Shown: positions 1 to 12,132 of the stretch, one piece after another
Position numbering within the stretch: the first letter of the stretch is position 1
Layout: each line of letters begins with the position of its first letter
Source: Mobula hypostoma
Taxonomy: Eukaryota
DNA: 64,000 bases
Assembly: GCF_963921235.1 (NCBI RefSeq)
Contig: NC_086097.1
Coordinates: 225,496,001 to 225,560,000, forward strand
Direction: 5' to 3'
Translations under genes and position numbers: made by a program
Notes under the pieces: model-generated
The model's database searches: none
What the model saw: the letters and a program-made list of their open reading frames with translations, nothing else
Told to the model about the DNA's origin: nothing

Positions 1-1044
1 GAGAGTAGTAAACTGTGTTCCATTTGAAGTTCAGTTCTTTGTTTGTATAGCTCCTCAGAAGGAGCCATAACATATTTCTTATCAATTTCTTTAATCTTGT
101 CCACAATTGCCATCTCCTCCTGCTTCCGTTTCTTCCTCAAAGCAACGGAATACGAAATAATCTGACCCCGAATATAGGCTTTAAAAGTGTCCCAAAGAGT
201 GTTAACCGAAATATCTTCTGTATGGTTAATTGTAAAAAAAAAGCTCAATCTGTTCATTCATAAAATTAACAAAGTCCGAGTCCTGAAGCAACAGCGAATT
301 AAAACGCCATTGTCTATTGTTTGGTATATTGGCCATAATTTTAATAGAAAGCTTAAGTGGAGCATGATCCGAAATGGTTATAGAATCATAATCACATTTA
401 ATCACTGAAGGAATGAGACGAGAGTCAATAAAAAAATAATCAATTCTTGAATAGGAATGATGAACATGTGAAAAAAAGGAAAAATCTTTTTCCTGAGGAT
501 GCAGAAAACGCCAAATGTCCGTCGACCCAGAATCAGAAAGAAAAAAATTAATCAAATTTGCAGATTTATTAGGTAAAGTCCGTAAAGGAGCCGAACGGTC
601 CAAAGCTGGAGATAAACAGGTATTAAGATCTCCGCCCCAAATCAATGAAAACTCGTTCAAGTTCGGAAACTGATCAAACAATGATTTATAAAATTCCGGA
701 CAATCCATATTAGGAGCATAAACATTAACCAAAACTACTTTTTTATTAAATAGTAAACCACTAACCAATAAAAATCTACCATTCGGATCAGAGATAATAT
801 CCTGTTGTATAAAAGTAACTGAGGAATCTATAAAAATAGAGACGCCTCGAATCTTAGCATTGGAGTTCGAATGAAATTGTTGTCCCTTCCAGAATTTGAA
901 AAAACGTAGTCTGTCCCTCTGGGTCTCTTGTAAAAATAAAATTTGTGCTTTAAGTCTCCGGAACACTTTAAAAACTTTTTTTCTTTTAATAGGATGATTA
1001 AGACCATTAGTATTCCAGGAGACAAAATTAATAATAGACTCCAT
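1..1044 (-). pseudogene. L1 ORF2p N-terminus (APE endonuclease) with a one-base frameshift in an A9 run at 234-242
   Basis: MESIINFVSWNTNGLN, LFLQET, VNVYAPN, WGGDLN, SRIDYFF, SDHAP. Removing one base from the run gives ELFFTINHTEDISVNTLWDTFKAYIRGQIISY..., which is open to position 1. Confidence 0.88.
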
Positions 1045-1769
1045 AAATCCTAAAGTCAACCCACAACAAGGAGGATTGACAATAGGCGCGACCCACAAAC
1101 CCGGAGAGGAAACAGAACATACAAAAGATACCGGGGAAAAGGACGCAACCAGTACTTCAATAATGTATATAGCCCAAAGAAAAACAAACTAAAACGTGAA
1201 GCCCCTCCCACCACCCCCCACCCCAAGACCCCAAGGCAAAATCTAAAGCAGACCCGCCAGAAAGAAGCAAGCGCTAAAACTACCCCCATGACTTCCGGTA
1301 TACGCTCCCTAAAAAAAAGGTATAAATATGAAAAGGATCAGCTAATTGTAAAACAGTAAAAAAATAAGTAAAAAAAAGTTAGCTCAATTAGAATACACAC
1401 AGAACAGAACAAAAGCCGGAAAATATATATTAAAAAAAACCACAATAAACCTCAAACTCATGAATAGACACAGCAACAAAAAAAAAAATAGGATTATTAA
1501 CATAAAGTGATTATAAAAAGCAAAACAGAATAAAATTTAAAAAAAACTACAAAATTTAAGGCCGCACAGGAAATACGTAAGATGACAAAAGGGAAGTAAC
1601 CACCCAGAATCCCCTGGGAAAAGAAAGAAATGACGCAGTTAAAAAGAAAGTTTAGCAGCCATATTAAGAAATCAAAAGTAAACTTTTCTGCCCAAATAGG
1701 GCACAGAAAAGTTAAAACCAACCAATTCACAGCCTCCGATCAACGGAGAAAATTAAAAAAAAAAGGCAA

Positions 1770-2651
1770 TTAAGATGTTGAAGATGAAAGTTGATCCAGA
1801 TAACTCTGGGCATCCGATGGAGAATCAAAAAAACGAAGGGCTCCATCTAACATGCGAATCCTTAGACGTGCAGGGTACAGCAGCGCTGGTCTTAAATCCA
1901 TCTTATAGAATTCCGACATCACGGATCTGTAACGGACCCGTTGGTCCCAGATTGGTTTACTGAAATCTTCCACGAATCGGAACTTAAGATCCAAAAAATC
2001 AATGAAACCTTTAGATCGAGCGAATCGAAACAGTCTCTCCTTGTCTTGAAAGTAATGAAAACGTAAAATAACATGCCTAGGTCTATCTGACCTAGACGAG
2101 TATGATGGGATTCTGTGAACACGATCCAGTAGCGGTGGTTGGTCAGGAAATACAGTAGGGAATGCATCTTTTAAAAGTTGAGAGAAATATTTCATGGGGT
2201 TGTTAGCTTCAACGGCTTCTCTCACGCCGATCATTCGTAAATTCTGCCGTCGCATTCTAGATTCCAAGTCAGAGTTTTTAAAAGTCAAAAAGTCAAGTTT
2301 CTTCTTCATTACATTAATTGTTTCTTCGATTTTCCCCATCTTAAGCTCACTTTGTTGCGCGAATTTTTGAAGATCAGATATAGCCGACTGATGTTCCGCA
2401 ATACATGTTTGCATCTTATCAATTAAATCGGCAATTTTCTGGAAATTAGTTGAGATTTCCGCATGAATCAGATCTTTAACAAAGCCTGCAATTTCCGTAC
2501 GAATCATCTCCCTAACAGAGGTTGAAATTTCCCTCTGAATTAACTCAGATATCGCTTTCAAAGTCACCGGTGATTCAGTCGGAGGGAGATCCGTAGCTTT
2601 CGGTTTAGCCGAAGGTTTACCATCCTTGCCGTTTTTCCCGTTCTTAGACAT
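1770..2651 (-). CDS. L1 ORF1p (coiled coil plus RRM/CTD nucleic-acid chaperone), intact 293 aa
   Basis: Uninterrupted ORF with L1 ORF1 motifs DLESRMRRQNLRMIGV, LDRVHRI, PRHVILRFHYFQDKE, FVEDFS, LLYPARLRI. Confidence 0.9.
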   Translation of the reverse strand: MSKNGKNGKDGKPSAKPKATDLPPTESPVTLKAISELIQREISTSVREMIRTEIAGFVKDLIHAEISTNFQKIADLIDKMQTCIAEHQSAISDLQKFAQQSELKMGKIEETINVMKKKLDFLTFKNSDLESRMRRQNLRMIGVREAVEANNPMKYFSQLLKDAFPTVFPDQPPLLDRVHRIPSYSSRSDRPRHVILRFHYFQDKERLFRFARSKGFIDFLDLKFRFVEDFSKPIWDQRVRYRSVMSEFYKMDLRPALLYPARLRIRMLDGALRFFDSPSDAQSYLDQLSSSTS

Positions 2652-5250
2652 AGCAGATCAAGTATCATCCAATTGTCAGAGAATTCAGTTTAATTCAAAG
2701 TATTATAAAAATTGATGCCTTAATGGTTAATTAAAGTATAGCTGACCATAGAGTAAAAAAAACTCAGAGGTAATAGAGCGAGTCAAGAACGCGACTTCAC
2801 TCCATGAGCGCTACCGGAAGTCCTCAGAATCTTTTCCAACAACTTTCCCACCACAGACGCAAGGTTCATTGGTTTATAATTACCCAGACTATCCCTACCA
2901 TCTTTTTTGAACAAGGGGACAACATTTGACTCCCTCCAATCCTCTGGTACCATTCCCGTGGACAACAAGGACATAAAGAACCTAGCCAGAGGCTCAGCAA
3001 TCTCTTCCCTCGCCTCGTGGAGCAGCCTGGGGAATATTCCGTCAGGCCCTGGAGACTTATCCGTCCTAATGTATTTTAACAACTCCAACACCTCCACTCC
3101 CTTAATATCAACATGCTCCAGAACATCAACCTCACTCATTGTCCTCACCTTTATCAGGTTCCCTCTCAATGGTGAATACCAAAGAGAAGTATTCATTGAG
3201 GACCTCGCTCACTTCCACAGCCTCCAGGCACATCTTCCCACCTTTATCTCCAATTCATCCTACCTTCACTCCCATCATCCTTTTGCTCTTCACATAACTG
3301 AGGAATGCCTTGAGGTTTTCCTTTACCCTACTCACCAAGGCCTTCTCATGCCCCCTTATTGCTCTTCTCAGCCCCTTAAGCTCCTTTCTTGCCACCCTAT
3401 ATTCCTTAATAGACCCATCTGATCCTTGGTTCCTAAACCTCATGTATGCTGCCTTCTTCCACCTGACTAGATTTTCCACCTCTTGTCACCCATTGTTCTT
3501 TCACCTACCATTCTTTATCTTCCTCACTGGGACAAATTTACTCCTAACAGCCTGCAAGAGATCTCTAAACATTGACTACATACCCATAGTACATTTCCCT
3601 GCAAAAACATCATCCGAATTCACACCCACAATTTCTAGCCTTATAGCATCATAATTTGCCCTTCCCCAATTAAAGATTTTCCTGTCGGCTCTGATTCTAT
3701 CCTTTTCCATGATAATGCTAAAGGCCAGGGAGCGGTGGTCACTGTCCCCCAGATGCTCACCCAGAGATCTGTGACCTGACCCAGTTTGTTATCTAATACT
3801 AGATCTAGTATGGCATTGCCCCTAGTCAGCCTGCCAACATATTGTGACAGGAATCCATCCTGGACACTCTTAACATACTCTGCCCCGTCTGAACCTTTGG
3901 AACTAATCAGGTGCCAACGAATATCAGGGAAGTTAACATCACCCATGATAACAACCCTGTTATTTTGACATCTTTCCAAAATCTGCCACCCTATCTGCTC
4001 CTCAGTGTCTCTGCTGCTACCAGGGGGCCTATGGAATACTCCCAGTAGAGTAACTGCTCCCTTCTTGATCCCAAGTTCCACCCATACTGACTCAAAAGAG
4101 GATCCTGCTACATTACCCACCCTTTCTGTAACTGTAATAGTATCCCTGACCAGTAATGCCACCCCTCCTCCCCTCTATCCCTTTTAAAGCACTGAAATCC
4201 AGGAATATTGAGAATCCATTCCATTCCTGGTGCTAGCCAAGTCTTTGTAATGGCCACTACATCATAATTTCATGTATATATTCAAGCTCTCAGTTCATCA
4301 CCTTTGTTCTTCTTGCATTGAAGTACACACACTTTAGCCCTTCTACCTTTACACCCTTAATTATGTTTCTCTTTCTTCAAAGCCTCTCTATGTTAGATCT
4401 GGCTTTATTCCATGCACTTTTTCCACTGCTCTATCGCTTCAGGTCCCATCCCCCTTGCAAATTAGTCTAAACACTCTCAAACCATGCTAGCAAACCTACC
4501 TGCAAGGATATTGCTCCCCCTCGAGTTCAGGTGCAATCCATCCAATCTGTGCAGGTCCCACCTTCCCCAGAAGAGATCGCAATGATCCAAAAATCTAAAA
4601 CCCTGCCCCCTGCACCAACTCCTTAGCCACGCATTCAACTGCCATCTCCTCCAATTCTTACCGTCACCATCGCGCTGCACTGGCAGCAATCCTGAGAACG
4701 CCACCCCTGAGGTCCTGTTCTTCAGCCTTTTGTCTAGTTCCTGAAACTCACACTTCAGGACCTCTTTCCTCTTGCTGCCTATGTTGTTGGTACCAAAATG
4801 CATCACGACTTCTGGTTGCTTTCCGTCTCATACCAGGATGTCATGCACCTGGTCAGAGACATCCCAGACCCTGGCACCCAGGAGGCAACAAACCACACGG
4901 GTGTCCTTCTCATGTCCACAAATTCTCCTGTCGGCTCCTCTGACTATACAGTCTCCGATGACGACAGCTCTCCTTTTCTCCGTCCCACCCTTCTGCACCA
5001 CTGGGTCAGACTCAGTGCCAGAGGCCCTGCCACTGTGGCTCACACCTGGTCGGTCGTCCCTGCCAACAGAATCCAGGACGGTAAACTTATTATTTAGGGG
5101 AATGGCTACAGGGGTGCTCTGCACTACCTGTCCATTCACCTTCGCTTCCCCCCTCTGACTGTCACCCAATGACCTGCTTCCGGCAGCCTAGTTGTGACTA
5201 CCTTCCTGTAGCTCTCATCTATGACTGCCTCATTCTCCCTTCTGAGTCAA

Positions 5251-5344
5251 AGACACAAAGACACACACACACAAAGACACACACACACACAAAGACACAC
5301 ACACACACACACAAAGACACACACACACACAAAGACACACACAC
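5251..5344. repeat. Compound microsatellite, (CA)n punctuated by AAAG
   Basis: Repeated caaagacacacacaca units seen directly. Confidence 0.95.
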
Positions 5345-5540
5345 CTGTCTGGATGCGCCCCTCTGCTGACTGCCTCTGTGGCTCTTCCCACAGGCCACTG
5401 AATAAAGGCGATTGGGCCTTGGCTCCTCCTCTCAGTCCAGGGGCAGACACTCAGCATGCTGGAGGTCACACTTTATTGCGAATAAAAGCCTTTCAGTATT
5501 TACTCTACCTCCAGTCTTTTGGAGCTATTGATGGTGAATC
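5345..5540 (+). mobile_element. Probable solo LTR fragment inside CR1 ORF1
   Basis: Non-CR1 segment with a TATA-like AATAAAGG, an AATAAA signal at ~5481 and a terminal ...GATGGTGAATCA. CR1 ORF1 resumes at 5541. Confidence 0.55.
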
Positions 5541-6079
5541 AGCACCTCTGGCAGATGTGACTCTGCGGGAGAGAGGAGTTCCCCCAAGACTGCCACATCT
5601 CACATGAGAGGCACATCACCGTCTCAGGAGGCATTATAAAGACAATATAGAGTTTTGCTCTGAATGGAGTACCACTGCTATCTCATTGTTCTTAGTAATG
5701 ATAATAAAGTTCTCACTTAACTCAAAGTTAATTTAATTGTTAAATAAAAATCCTAAACCCAAGTTTTACAAACCCCATCCAGTTCCTTACACCATCTATT
5801 ATAAGGTAGCCAGTGAGCTAGATTGTAAGGAGGCTGAATAAATTCTTTCCAAGTTTGAGTGGAGTCCATAGGCATGTCAATGATTCCAGTAGCCCAGAAG
5901 GATGGGTTTGTCGAATCTCTGGTGATTTTAAGGTCACCATCCACCCAATACTGAAAGGAGATCAAAATTCTCTGCCCAGAACAGAAAATATCTTTGCAAA
6001 CTTTTCTGGAGAAAAACATTTCAGCAAAGTGGACTCAGCTGAGGCCTATTTACAGATAACAATGGAACTAGAGCTCAGC

Positions 6080-6268
6080 GTGTTTAGTCACAGAGTCAGA
6101 AGTACAACTCAGAAATAGGCCCTCCAGCTCATACAGTCCATGCCAAAATCCATTTAAACTGCCGATTTCCAACAATTTGCACCAGGACCATAGTACCATA
6201 GTATTCCATATCCTTACTATCCATGTACCTATCTACACTTCTCTTAAGAGTTGAAATCGAGCTCACAT
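6080..6268 (-). mobile_element. CR1-type 3' tail fragment inserted in the Gypsy RT
   Basis: Same family as the tail at 43745-43965 (agtacaactcagaaataggccc...cttctcttaa...gaaatcgagctc). Confidence 0.65.
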
Positions 6269-6534
6269 GGACAACCATATTTCTCACCATAAACACTCAC
6301 AAAAAGCCTATTATAGAAATAAAGCTTATTTTTGGAGAAGCATCTGTACCTGAAAATGTATGGACCTGGATGACATAATTGTTAGCCGTGAGGAGCAACT
6401 CTAAAACCAAGATTCTATTAAAAAATATGATTATGAGCTCACAGCATGACTAAACGTGTGAATTCTTCAAACCAACCATCACTTACTATGGTCACACCGT
6501 TGACTCACAAATATTACACGTGTGCTGAGAAAAG

Positions 6535-7110
6535 TGTGCTCTTGGTAGTGTGGAGGATCAGTGGGATCTTGGGGTCCATGTCCATAGGATACTCAAAGCT
6601 GCTGCGCAGGATTACTGTGTGGTTAAGAAGGCATACGGTGTATTGGCCTTCATCAGTCGTGGGATTGAGTTCAAGGGCCAAGAGATAATGTTACAGCTAT
6701 ATAGGACCCTGGTCAGATCCCATTTGGAGTACTGTGCTGAGTTCTGGTCACCTCACGACAGGAAGGATGCGGAAACTATACAAGGAGTGCAGAGGAGATT
6801 TACAAGGATGTTGCCTGGATTGGGGAACACGCTTTACGCGAATAGGTTTAGTGAACTTGGCCTTTTCTCCTTGGAACAACAAAGGATGAGAGGTGACCTG
6901 ATAGAGATGTACAAGATGATGAGAGGTATTAATCAGAGGCTTCTTCCCAGGGCTGAAATGGCTAACACCAGAGGGCACAATTTTAAGGTGCTTGGAAGTA
7001 GGTACGGAGGGGATGTCAGGGGTAAGTTATTTTTAATATAAAAAGAGTGGTGAATGTGTGGAATGGGCTGCCGGCGACGGTGGAGGTGGAAACAACAGGG
7101 TCTTTTAAGT
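6535..7110 (+). mobile_element. CR1 3' fragment (ORF2 C-terminus)
   Basis: DLGVHVH...LYRTLVRSHLEYCAEFWSP...RGDLIEMYK...TRGHNFKV. Confidence 0.9.
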
Positions 7111-7294
7111 GCTCCACCTCTTGAACTCATTACTACAGATCTGGAAAAAATGGACAAAGCAGTAGGACTGGCTTTCTAAAAGGCAGAGGATATAGTGATG
7201 GTAGACACTGTACTCAAACATTATGATTCATATCATCCAGTGAAGTTTGTTTGTGATGCCCCATCGTATGGTGGAGGTGCAATCAGGTCACACA

Positions 7295-8252
7295 AGACCA
7301 TAAGACACAAGAGCAAAATTAGGCCATTAGGCCCATCGAGTGGATGATGGATCATGGTGGATCCTTTCCTTCCCCTCAGCCCCACTTACCGGCCTTCTCC
7401 CCATAACCTTTGATGCTGTGTCCAATCAAGAACCTGTTAATCTCTGCAATAAATACACCTAATGACCTGGCCTCCACAGCTGCCTGTGGTAACAAATTTC
7501 ATAAGTTCACCATCTTCTGGCTAAAGAAATTTTCCCACATCTGTTTTAAATGGATGCCCCTATATCCTGAGGCTGTGCCCTCTATCCTACACTCACCACC
7601 ACCTTTCCTCATCTACTTCAACACTTTTAACATTCAAAAGATTTCAGTCAGATCCCCCCTCATCCTTCTAAATTTCAGCAAGTACAGACCCAAAGCTATT
7701 AAATGTTCTGCATGTTGACCCTTTCATTCCCAGAATCATCCTTGTGAACCTCCTCTGAACCCTCTCCAATGCTAGCACATCCTTTCTTAGATTGAGCAGC
7801 CCAGAACGGTTCACAATACTCAAAGTGAGGCCTCACTAGTGCCTTATAAAGTCTCAGCATCACATCCCTGCTTTTGTATTCTAGACCTCTTGAAATGAAT
7901 GCTAATATTGTGTTTGCCTTCCTCACCACTGACTCCACCTGCAAGTCACCTTTACAGTGCTCTCCACAGGGACTCCCAAGTCCTTTTGCATTTCAGATTT
8001 TTGGATTTTCTGCCAGTTTAGAAAATAGTCTGCATTTTTATTTCTACTACCAAAGTGCAGGACCATGCATTTTCCAACATTGTATTTCATATGCCACTCT
8101 CTTGCCCAATCTCCTAATCTGTCAAAATCTTTCTACAGTCTTCTTGTTTTGTCAGCACTACCTGCCTCTCCACCAATCTTTGTATCATCTGAAAACTCTG
8201 CAACAAATCCATCCATACCATCATCTAAGTCATTGATATACAGCATAAAAAG
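7295..8252 (-). mobile_element. 5'-truncated CR1 inserted in the Gypsy RNase H region
   Basis: [14 protein letters not shown] in ORF 7699-7944 and a tail repeat (taagacca). Gypsy coding sequence continues on both sides. Confidence 0.88.
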
Positions 8253-9349
8253 CAGAGTTATAAGTGATGGAACTGAATGCCCCATAGCCTTTGCATTATG
8301 TTCCTTTACCACTGCAGAGCAAGATTATGCAGATTGACAGGGAGGCCTCAAGTCTAATTTGCGGTGTAAAATATTTCAACCAGTACTTGAATGGGAGAAA
8401 GTTCATCCTCATTCCAGATCATCAGTCACAAACGTCTATTTTCAATCCACAGACACGTGTTCCATTAACAGCTGCAGCATGAATGTGGAGATGGGCTCTG
8501 ATTTTTTGGCGGATGCCATTACAAGACTGAATCTATGAGGATGTCCTGTTTATCCTAGGAAAAGGAAATACCTGAAAAATATAATAAAGAATGCACTCCT
8601 CTCGACGTATTCTCCCAAATGCAAATAGAAAGTCTCCCTATTATGGCAGAGATGATCCAAAAGGGTAAGCAGAAAAGATGCCACTCTCTCAGGTCTACGT
8701 GGTCATCCAAAATGGCTGGATTGAGCAGCAGAATCTCCAGTCCCCCCAGCTTTTTCAGTGCTGGGATGAACTTACCCTTGGAGTTTGCCTTATGTGGGGA
8801 TTGAGAGTTGTTTTACTAACCAGGTTGAGAGCCAAAATGTTGGAGGAACTAATGTCAGTCATCTAGGCACGGCCAGATTGAAAGCATTGGCTCTGAATAC
8901 CAACACATCAGAAAGGTGTCCGGATCTGTCAGAACCACTTCCTGCAGTCTCCAAGTCAACATATACAAGCACCACAGAGCAGGTTTCAGAATCTGTTTCA
9001 CAGCCACAAGTCTCACCTGCCAAGTAGACCTCCCCTAATACCTTCTCAGGAAAATCATTATCTGACAAGAGTGAGAACCCACAGTGATTATATCTTTAGG
9101 CCTGAATGGGACAATTTAAAATTTACTATGCTGTGGATGCCTATATTGTAGTTGTATTGTATGGTATACTATGTGTGTATATTATATATAGACACACAGA
9201 TAGACACCCATACATATAATGACTAGAGAGCAATGCGTTATATACTTGAGTTGAGATGCATTCTATGTTGAGTTGGAGTTTATAGCCAAGATGGGTAGTG
9301 TATTCAATATTTCAGTAATATTTGGGTAATATTGTAAACATATTGTTTG

Positions 9350-11310
9350 CTCAGAATCAGGTTCGTTATCATTGGCATGTGTTGAGAAATTTGTCAACTT
9401 AGCAGCAGCAGTTCAATGATACTATAGAAGGAAAAAATAAAGTAAATCAATTACAGCAAGTGTATATATGTATATTAAATAGATTAAAAATAGTGCAGTA
9501 ATAGAAATAATATACATTTAAAAATTGAAGTGGTGTTCATGGGTATAATGTCCATTTAATGACAGAGGGGAAGAAGATTCCATCAGGGCCTGCTGCCATG
9601 CGAGGGTTCACCCTCCTTAGAGACAGCCTGACATCAGCCTCCGAGACAGAGATCACAGGGTCACTGGGTGCAGCAGGGATCGTCACAGCTGTAGTTATAT
9701 TCTCCTTTTCAAAGTGGGCATAGGAGGCATTGCGCTCATTAGGTAGCGAAGCATTGCTGCCATTCATGCTATGGGTTTCTTTTTGTAGGAAGCAATGATC
9801 TGCAAACCGAACCAGAGTTGACGTGCAACCAATGTTGCCTCCAACCTCGCTCGGAATTGTTTCTTCGCTCTTGAAGTAGCCCTGCGCAAGTCGTAGCTGG
9901 GTCCCTTGTACAGACCTGCATCACCAGACTTAACTATCACGGATCTAATTGTCAGCAGATGACATACCTCCTAGTTCATCCACAACTTTGGTTTGGGAAT
10001 GTACATCAAGCTTTTGTAGGCATACACCCAGCCACACAGGCTTTAATGAAGTTGGTAACAACTGTGGTATGTTCATCCAGATTCAAAGATGAATCCCTGA
10101 ATATCATCCAGTCCACCAATTCAAAGCAGTCCAGTAAGCGCTCCTGTGTTTCCCTTGTCCAAACCTTCTTGGTCCTCACTACTGGCACTGCAGACTTCAG
10201 TCTCTGCCTATACTCGGAGTAGAAGTACAGCCTGGTGATCAGACTGTCCAAAGTGTGGGTGTGGAATAACACGGTAAGCAGTCTTGATGGTAGTGTAACC
10301 ATGGTTCACTGCGTTGTTTCCACTGGTAGTACAAGTGATTTGTTGATAATTATTTAGTGACTTTTTCCAGACTGGCCTGGTTAGAATCCCCCAAAATGAT
10401 GGTGAAGACATCAGGGTGGGCTATTGTGCATGTTGATCACAACACTCAGATCATCTAGAGCCACTTTGACATTAACCAGAGGTGGATGTATACTGCTACC
10501 AAAATGATTGCTGAAATCTCTCACTGCAGGTAAAATGGACAGCACTTAATTGCAAGATATTCCAGATCTGGTGAGCAGAACTGGGACAATACTGATAGAT
10601 TTGTGCACCAAGAGGAGTTGGATCTTGAGGCATACATCGCCACCTCTGCTTGAGGGACTCAACAGTCCTATCCTGACTGTATAGTGAATCTGAATCACTG
10701 CATCCAGTACGGAAAAAGCCAACGATGATCCTGTGAAACAAAGGACACAAGCAGTCCTAATGTCACCCTGATACAGCACACACACACACACCTGGAGGAA
10801 CTCAGCAGGGCAGGCAGCATCTAGGAAAAGATTACAGTTGACAGTTTGGGTTGAAACATTGTCAGTATTCTTCTTCTAGATGTTGCCTGGCCTGCTGAGT
10901 TCCTTCAGCATTTTGTGTCTCTTGCTCAGATTTCTAGCATCACTGGGTTTTCTCCTGTATGTGACTAGCTTTGAGATCTCAATTTTATTTACTAGAGACT
11001 GTGCATTTGCCAACAAGATAGTCCATGTTGGGAGTTGAAAACCCCATTTTCTTAAACACACCTGTATCCCTGACCAGAAGCCACATATCCTGTGAGGACT
11101 CTGGTGAGAAGTATGGTCATATTCAGCATTGTTTCCATTAGTTTTAAGCAGTGATAGATTATTCAAACTCATTAAGACATCTTTATTAACTGTACAGACC
11201 TTGGAAGCAGTTGTGATCCTCAGTTATATCACGCTGGAACGGGAATATTTAATCATACCATTGAGCTGCGCAGGATCACCTTCAAGGCACTCTGCAAGTA
11301 TGTAAAGAAT
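9350..11310 (-). mobile_element. Rex1/Babar-like LINE, internally deleted, inserted in the Gypsy 3' LTR
   Basis: EN motifs TILLANAQSLVNKI, CVLCFT, GGDVCL, PHFGQSDH; LLDCFELVDW; RVNPRMAAGPDGI; 3' tail ...AACCTGATTCTGAG. Confidence 0.75.
10780..10955. repeat. Penelope-like terminal-repeat palindrome (inverted pair with central deletion)
   Basis: ctggaggaactcagcagggcaggcagcatctag and its near reverse complement ctagatgttgcctggcctgctgagttccttcag. The same motif caps the Penelope ORF remnant at 25.1 kb. Confidence 0.75.
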
Positions 11311-12132
11311 TGATTAAGCATTCTTTGTTTGGTTACCGACACATGGAACAGACTGGTGCAAAGCTTGTCATGATGGTGCCCCGACGACTCCACCAGGAGT
11401 TAAGGGCGCAAGGCAAGGCTAACTCACTATGGGTTATATGCAAGTAGTATGTGAATAGCATATGTTATTACACCACCATGTCGTATGTGAGCAACTCACT
11501 ACAGAAAAACTCAGTAGACAAATATCGTGTTTTTCTTTCAATTAGTTTATGGAGTTACAAAACTTAAATTAGGTTAGAAGGATCCCTAATATACTTCAAT
11601 ATGGGGAGAGCACCATTTATAATGGAATGTGAACCAATTCATGACTTTGCATGACGTTTGCATTAAATTTATTACTTCAGAATTTTCTACACAGAATGGG
11701 TTAGTTGCATGATTGTAAATGCAATATTCATCATGACTTCCCGTTCGTTCCAATTGTACAACTCCTATCAAACTATATTCTCCACAGTTCATCTTCTAGT
11801 GAATTCCTTCTCCACCTTTCTACCACATCTGGGCTGGCTACTCTTATACACCCCGACTGAGCACTAAAACTCGCGTAAGCATCAGGTAATGGAAATTTGG
11901 CTACCTTTCCAGCAACTGGTTCATCCACTATGGCCTGTTCATTTATTACCTATGATCCTATTGGTCTGAAATATCTATGGGTTCATCCAAGCCTTAACAT
12001 TTAAAGTCTGAAACCTCTCCTTGGCATCGCTCTCCCTTTCTCCCTGACCTCACCCAGTCCTAACATCCTCCAAACTGCATTCTGAACGTGGTGTCTGGAT
12101 TTAATTCACAAATATCGAAGGACGGTTGTAGT

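Larger units (their letters stand above)
1..2823 (-). mobile_element. L1-clade LINE, 5' part (5'UTR, ORF1, long inter-ORF spacer, start of ORF2), continuing past the window start
   Basis: L1-type ORF1 and APE endonuclease ORF2 on the minus strand. The 5' end reads GGACTTCCGGTAGCGCTC and abuts CR1 RT sequence at ~2824. Confidence 0.93.
2824..5634 (-). mobile_element. CR1 LINE, degenerate (ORF1 zinc finger plus SGNH esterase; ORF2 endonuclease and start of RT), split by an LTR fragment and cut by the L1
   Basis: ORF1 start at 5634 (MPPETVMCLSCEMW...HICQRC); esterase motifs VIGDCIVRG, HFGTNNIG, DGLHLN; EN motifs HRPP, IMGDVNFP, ILDLVL; RT lead-in KSPGPDGIFPRLL. Confidence 0.9.
5750..11562 (+). 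mobile_element. Fragmented Ty3/Gypsy LTR retrotransposon (RT, RNase H, integrase start, 3' UTR, split 3' LTR) carrying several nested insertions
   Basis: RT CRISGDFKVTIHP...HFSKVDSAEAYLQ (5855-6070) and FLTINTHK (~6280); RNase H region KFVCDAPSYG (~7245) and SDGTECPIAFA...DREA...DHQ (8255-8430); integrase start LEEL...HLG (~8840); LTR pieces ~9299-9349 and ~11311-11562. Confidence 0.8.

Noticed and set aside
2907..3654. Plus-strand ORFs of 114-171 aa; likewise 56217-56906 (-), 59844-60413 (+), 18961-19359 (-)
   Set aside because: Antisense shadows of CR1 ORF2.
5169..5607. His/Thr-rich and Cys/Val-rich ORFs
   Set aside because: Translations of the (CA)n microsatellite.
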